26,407 bases of DNA, from NCBI RefSeq assembly GCF_001949145.1, contig NW_019091355.1, positions 4,012,646 through 4,039,052 of the forward strand, read 5' to 3'. Position 1 is the stretch's first letter, and every line of letters starts with the position of its first letter. The notes under the pieces were generated by a model that searched no databases, was not told the origin of the DNA, and saw only the letters and a list, made by a program, of their open reading frames with translations. The position numbers and the translations under genes are program-made. The stretch is from Acanthaster planci. Its lineage: Eukaryota. This document shows positions 20,601 to 26,407 of this stretch, in pieces.

Positions 20601-22161
20601 CCCTTGCTGGGCGATCCTTTGTTGTCAACAGCAACCGTGAATCTCTTGCTGTCCGCTCACATGTCGTTCAATTGCAGACCCTACATCATCTCCCGCCTTA
20701 CGCCTCTCTGCAAGCAAGTTCCATCGCGACAACTCCCCGCTAGCACTGATTGTGGCACCTTGCTAACTGACAATCCAATCATCCTCAAACCAGTTTCTTG
20801 TCTGGGACCGGACAGACAACCCAGACAGTCATCCCACTTCGCCGTGTCATCGCCACGATTCTCATTAGCCTAATATTACTTGAGGACCCGGTTGCATAGC
20901 CCACCGGGTAGGCTTCGTACGAATCCAGGGCAAACTGTTTAAAGACCTACATGCTATTATATACACAGGCCGACTACCGGATTATCAGTTCACGATCTGG
21001 AGTGTAAGATGTAAACATGGCTGTCAAACAAAACATCGAGTGAATCGTCTTCTTTGTGACAATGCCATGTTAAGCCTTTACATCAGTTGCTGAGGGTTTG
21101 TGCAGTGCTATTTTTGTGTTCTGTTGGGGGGGAGGTTAGGGGGTAAAATACGCATGTGTAATTAATGGAACATTTTAATGAAAATTACAGGTTAAGATTG
21201 CTTTACTGTAACAATATGTATTCTCCTGTTATTTGATTAATGGTGGAAGGGGTCGGTTCTGAGCTATTTTTTTTTCAGCAAATTGGTGATTTCCACCCCC
21301 ATTTCTCTCTGTTTTCTTGTTTAATCTCTCATATTTTGCCTATTGCAAATCCAAGCTAATACCACTAGCTTCGACAGTTTCGAATCAAAACTAGTAATGG
21401 ATGAAACGGGAGGAATTTTGTTCCCAAAAATATTCTCGATATTTTCTTCCGTGATGGAAACATGGAGGAAAGAAAGCGAATGATGGAAAGCCAGGACGGG
21501 AAGGAGAAATTTTTTTTTTTACATGAACATCTTTTCGACAAAAGGCGCCTTCTCCTGCTGGCCAGCTGGATACGGGCTTAAATTATTTTTTCGCCGTGTA
21601 TGACACGTCTCACAAGCCGGGCGCGCATATTAATGGCTGGTCAGGCGGGCAAAGCGTACCGACCTGTTAAATGGTGGCGCCCTTTGACTTTAACGGCCGC
21701 CTCGCGCGCGGGCCACTGGCAGCATGAAGCTTCCTCCTCAGCTCATTTTCGTCCCGTCGTCGCTGACGAATGGGATGTAATTTCAACGTACGATTGAATC
21801 ACCGTTCGAGATTAGGGCGTGCAAAGTTAACATTAAATCCCAGAATAGAGATGCCTCTATTCCTAAACGTGCCAAGTTAACATCCGTATACACAGATTAA
21901 AATTTTACGAGATCGAGAGGAGGTGGACGCCACCAATACGACAATTCTGTACCCCTCTCCCTCGTGGGAGCTGAGGAACAGGTTGGTTCATTCTGACAAG
22001 AATTCCTTACTACTGACAGTGGAAGATGTGGAATGATCTGATTTTTCCCCCAGATTTCGTTCCATCCAGCTGGTCTTACTGACACAAGAAACATGGGATA
22101 GGCTAGTATTGGATGACTGTGGTAACCACGGTGACATGACTAGCGCCATGAACCTTTTGTG

Positions 22162-22294
22162 TAACTCGAGTTAGTGACTCAACTTGAGTCTGACTGGAGT
22201 TAGGCCCCCTACAAGTTTTTGTGTCTCAACTTGAGTCCCAAAGATAAATGACGTTTTTTTGAGTCATTGCGAGCAAATGAACAGGACTCGAGTC
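22162..22294. repeat. Cluster of palindromic GACTCGAGTC-like motifs (probable DNA transposon subterminal repeats)
   Basis: taactcgagtta (22162-22173), gactcaacttgagtc (22176-22190), ctcaacttgagtc (22225-22237), gactcgagtc (22285-22294). Confidence 0.55.
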
Positions 22295-24467
22295 ATACAT
22301 TACTCTATAAAATAATCACAGAATTTAGTGAATTGCTGCAACTATGCAAGAGATATTGCCACATTTTGATGGGGACTTCATATCGTCCTGTGAAATAGTC
22401 CTCAGCACCGTATTCTTACATTTTAGAGAATTGTTAGGTAACAGTAAAGTTGGCTTGATTTTATGAGGTGTTTCTGCACTCAGGGTCCAAGCAAAGTTGC
22501 CCAAGTCTGTCCTAGAATGATAAGGATGAGACAGGCTTAAATCTGCTGGGCGAGCTGGGCTTCATCATATTGGCCAGGCAAGTGGAATGGAAGAAATGCG
22601 ATTACGACGTTTTACACATGGTGAAATTCTCCATCTTGCACTGCTGCACAGTGCTACATGATCTTATACCGTTACCATCATTAAGTACCGCAGAAGTAAA
22701 ACACACATGAAATTTATACAAGTATTATCTAAGGTTCAAAGTACTGAAGTCAATCCGAGGTCGCTCATGGGGCATAGCAGTGTTCAACAGGGGCCCCAGG
22801 TCGAGTGTAATTAGGTCACCACAAGGAGTGCATCCTAAAAGCAGTCCCATTGTACTCCGACTTGAATCATAGGGCAAGGTCCCAGACTGGGTGTCCTGTG
22901 ACCACCATGTGATCAGCTTGTTGACCTGTGATGACCCTTTTTGACTGAAACAGAGGAAACAGAGTCATCAAAGTGTGTCCCTGGGTCCCTGCTCTATGCT
23001 TCAATGCTGGGGCTCACAATAGGCCTACATATGGATGGCCTGACACTTTGTTTACACATGCACTTTTGTATGGAGTCAGTGGGGGCCCATTCTCCACTGA
23101 TCATGAGAGGAAAGCCCACATGTAAACAGAGTGTCAGTGTTCCGTATAGTTCATGCTCCATTACTTCATACACGTGTATATGGAGCATGATCTACAAGTT
23201 TATGCTATAGCTGGTATAATGACAGTTCATATGATTTAACTGGTTAGCGTTAATTCAATGTAATTATGACACCTGTACCTTGATTCTCTCTGGAAAGGAA
23301 TAAACACATGGTGGGAAGAACAAACAAAACTCTTGTTTACTTTTTCTGAAGTGTCAGCAACTGTAGATGGCTAAATTTAGTAGATGCTGAACATATATCG
23401 ACCTCTCCAGATTTTGTCTAGTTGTGTTCATTTTCGTATGTATATTTCTTAAAAATCAAATATTTTTCTTGACTAAAATCCTCAAAAGTTGCTTCCAACA
23501 GTAAGCACATGTAGATGATTTTAACAGTTACCATTTCAGCGCTCTCTTTGTTGTGGAATTTGATATTTGTCAAGTCTTCAAACCTGTCAGTTTTCCAGAA
23601 AAGCTTGGACAATTTTAAATCTTTAAAAAAGGGCACTTTTCAATTTACATTCTACCCCGAAAGGATATTCAAATAATGTTCATACTCTGAAGATGAAATT
23701 CGTCCCATGGAACCTTGGTTTAATTAATGGCAATAGATAAAGTTTTTCATTTTGTCCACATGTTAATGCATGTATATGGAAGTACTGAGAAGCCGAGATG
23801 CTTTTGTGCAGGTCTCTTATGCTGGTAGAGTGGTCCTTTTGTGAAGTTCAAATGGCTTATGTGTAAAAAACAGCAATTGTTTTTATCTGAAACTACTAGA
23901 TCTGATGTCTGTGGGACAGGAAATTTATTCTTTGGTTAATTTTGCAAAATGGGTTCTTCTTTGTTCTCATTTCCTGTTGCTATCCTGATTTAATCAGCAC
24001 TGTTCAAGTTCGAGATGCCCAAATGCTTATAAAAAATAACCCGAGTAACATGATGCCTTTTCAATTTCAAACAATGTAAGTTGAGACTAAATAAAGAATA
24101 ATTTCCTCATGTTTTCACTGTCTCCCCCCCCCAAAAAACATCGATTTTCTGAGACTGCTTTCAGTTCAGAATAGGCATGACTAGGCATTTACTTTTTAGG
24201 AACAAAATTCTTTCTTAGTAAGATCTGTGTGTTTTTTACACGTCCATTGTAGATATTGCACAGAACAAGTGTATGTATATTTTTTACTAAATTTTAGACT
24301 CACTTTTGTAAATTTTGTTGAAATGCATTATATTTTAGTGCGCTTTTTATTTTTGGAACAGGGGCCTTCTCTTTGTGTAGGCCTACTTCACGTACATGTA
24401 CATACATGTACTTCAAATCGCGCGCGCTGCTGTTGCCCGATAAATTATGCTGATTGCACGCTGTGCA

Positions 24468-24733
24468 NNNNNNNNNNNNNNNNNNNNNNNNNNNNNNNNN
24501 NNNNNNNNNNNNNNNNNNNNNNNNNNNNNNNNNNNNNNNNNNNNNNNNNNNNNNNNNNNNNNNNNNNNNNNNNNNNNNNNNNNNNNNNNNNNNNNNNNNN
24601 NNNNNNNNNNNNNNNNNNNNNNNNNNNNNNNNNNNNNNNNNNNNNNNNNNNNNNNNNNNNNNNNNNNNNNNNNNNNNNNNNNNNNNNNNNNNNNNNNNNN
24701 NNNNNNNNNNNNNNNNNNNNNNNNNNNNNNNNN
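24468..24733. other. Assembly gap (266 N)
   Basis: Run of N. Confidence 1.
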
Positions 24734-26089
24734 CGTGACTGCTCGTCGCCGGGCGCGCTCGTCCATGTGACAAACATGCGTTGACATGAGTTACTAAACT
24801 TGTACCAGTCGGTGTTGCATTTGAACACCCAAAGTTTCGTAACGAGTGAAAGTTCAAAATGCTAATTAGAGTAATAACTCAGCTGGTTGGTTTGTTGCCT
24901 GTTAAATATCTATCGATCACACTAAAATCTAAGCTTGTCACCGATTGTATTTTGTCAAAATGAAGTGTGTTTCATGAACTTGATAGCTTGGTGAATGAAT
25001 GGAGCAAGTTTATGGTCGTTATCACATGATAATCAGCTAGGGTCATGCGCGTTGCGCAGCTCTCTGTGTTTGTGACGACACTTTTTATCGCAGCTGCGCT
25101 GCTGCATTCATCGCGCGCCGCCGCCGCTGAACTTGCATAAAAGCAGCAGTCGAGCGTGATACCGGTCGGTGAGAACTGCCGATCTTAGGTAGGTCAGTTC
25201 GTGATATCGTGAAAAACGGACACCTTTTAATCAACCTAGCGCCATGTTTGTGCACCATGACGTGTGCAGTTTGAATTGATTTTTTAAAAATATTACTCAC
25301 CTAACTTGGTCAAAGCTCAACGCCAGACAGCGGTCACAGACGGAAGACTTGGTGAAAAGGTAGGCCTGAGCCCTAACGTTGGCATGCCTAGGACATACAT
25401 GTAGGCCTAACTAGGATCTAAGGATGTTCTTTATTCTTGCTTCATTCATCATGTCTTTTGAATATTTTAAAAAAATTTTGCCATGTAGGGTCCTGTTTGT
25501 TATCACATGAAGGTGTCAGGATGCAAAAGTGACATTCGTTGTAACTTGTATCGGCAGTTACACCATGCAATTGTGCATGTAGAAAGGACACACTTTCTCC
25601 ATGGTTACACTGGCCTAAGCTAGGGGCAGTAGGCATGGTAGGGCCTGTCATGCCTGTTGTACTACGAAAGCTGTGTTACATTGGCCAATTGACAGTTTTT
25701 CTGATTGACACATCATGCATGTGTCAAAGGCCCAGTGTACCCCTAGAATTGTGAGGAAGGAACTCTTGCTGCTTCACTGAGAGTATTGGGACTGCCTCCG
25801 TCACTGTTTCCAACTTTTCATTGCTTTGTATTAATGCAATGGGATTCTGAATGTGCCCGTTTATTCTGTCGGAAACTGCACCTTTTCAATCAAATCTTCC
25901 ACAACAAAACCATCCACTCTAAATAATATATCATGAGGCCCAACCATGCTAACATGCGATCATGATAGGTTTTTGACCATCTAAAATTCAGACCTATTAC
26001 TTACTGTCTTGCCTCTCTCCAACAAACGATCCACACATTTGAGCTGCATACTGGCATGACTGCGGTGCATGTCAGTTGGCATGTCAGAA

Positions 26090-26331
26090 GACTGGTTCCT
26101 GTCCTGTCCCAGCCCTCCGAATATATATATATATAGGGGCCTAATAGGGATGGCGACCAGTCCAATGATGTACGATGCATGCATGGCTTATTGGCAACCT
26201 TGACTCGGTGGGTCCTGTGCGCATTTCTTTTCGGGGAACCAACATTGCGCGGCAAGATCGTACCTTTGGAAATAAGGTTGCGTTATTGGACTGGTCACTG
26301 TCCCTATTACTGGACTTGACGGGAACCAGTC
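26090..26331. mobile_element. Foldback/MITE-like element with long imperfect inverted arms and an (AT)7 tract in the left arm
   Basis: gactggttcctgtc..gtcccag pairs with ctggacttgacgggaaccagtc; taatagggatggcgaccagtccaat (26142-26166) pairs with attggactggtcactgtccctatta (26285-26309). Confidence 0.7.
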
Positions 26332-26407
26332 CTGCATTTAACAGAGGTGTGCCACAGAACGCAGCTCAAATATGTGGATCGTTTATTGGTGAGAGGCAAA
26401 ATTGGGG

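Noticed and set aside
21818..22294. CRISPR-like repeat-spacer array
   Set aside because: Only two direct repeat units or irregularly spaced palindromes, eukaryotic context, no cas genes.
24227..24857. Long ORFs spanning this region
   Set aside because: Artefacts of the N gap.

Overview
Eukaryotic (metazoan) genomic DNA with spliceosomal introns. The gene content and repeat style suggest a marine invertebrate deuterostome such as an echinoderm (inference only). There are two convergent genes. (1) On +, the 3' four coding exons (~6-601, 733-887, 1297-1510, 4331-4900; splice phases consistent) encode an FAD-dependent aldonolactone oxidoreductase of the GULO/ALO family. It has unusual features: a 12-Cys cluster, the conserved P-[IV]-E-V-R glutamate changed to Tyr, HWSK instead of HW[AG]K, and low-complexity insertions. 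(2) On -, a single-coding-exon C2H2 zinc-finger gene (14375-15682) carries the PRDM8/ZNF488 C-terminal finger pair but no visible PR/SET domain, and an upstream ORF overlaps its first ATG. Between the genes (~9.1-13.9 kb) is a dense cluster of non-autonomous elements: three MITE families with 2-3 copies each in the window, a 926-bp hAT-like element with an exact 8-bp TSD, and a tRNA-Thr(AGT)-derived SINE. The rest is non-coding, with several CpG-rich, homeodomain/Sox-site-rich blocks (candidate enhancers), a 266-N assembly gap and a foldback element near the end. No CRISPR, rRNA, intact tRNA or autonomous transposase was found.
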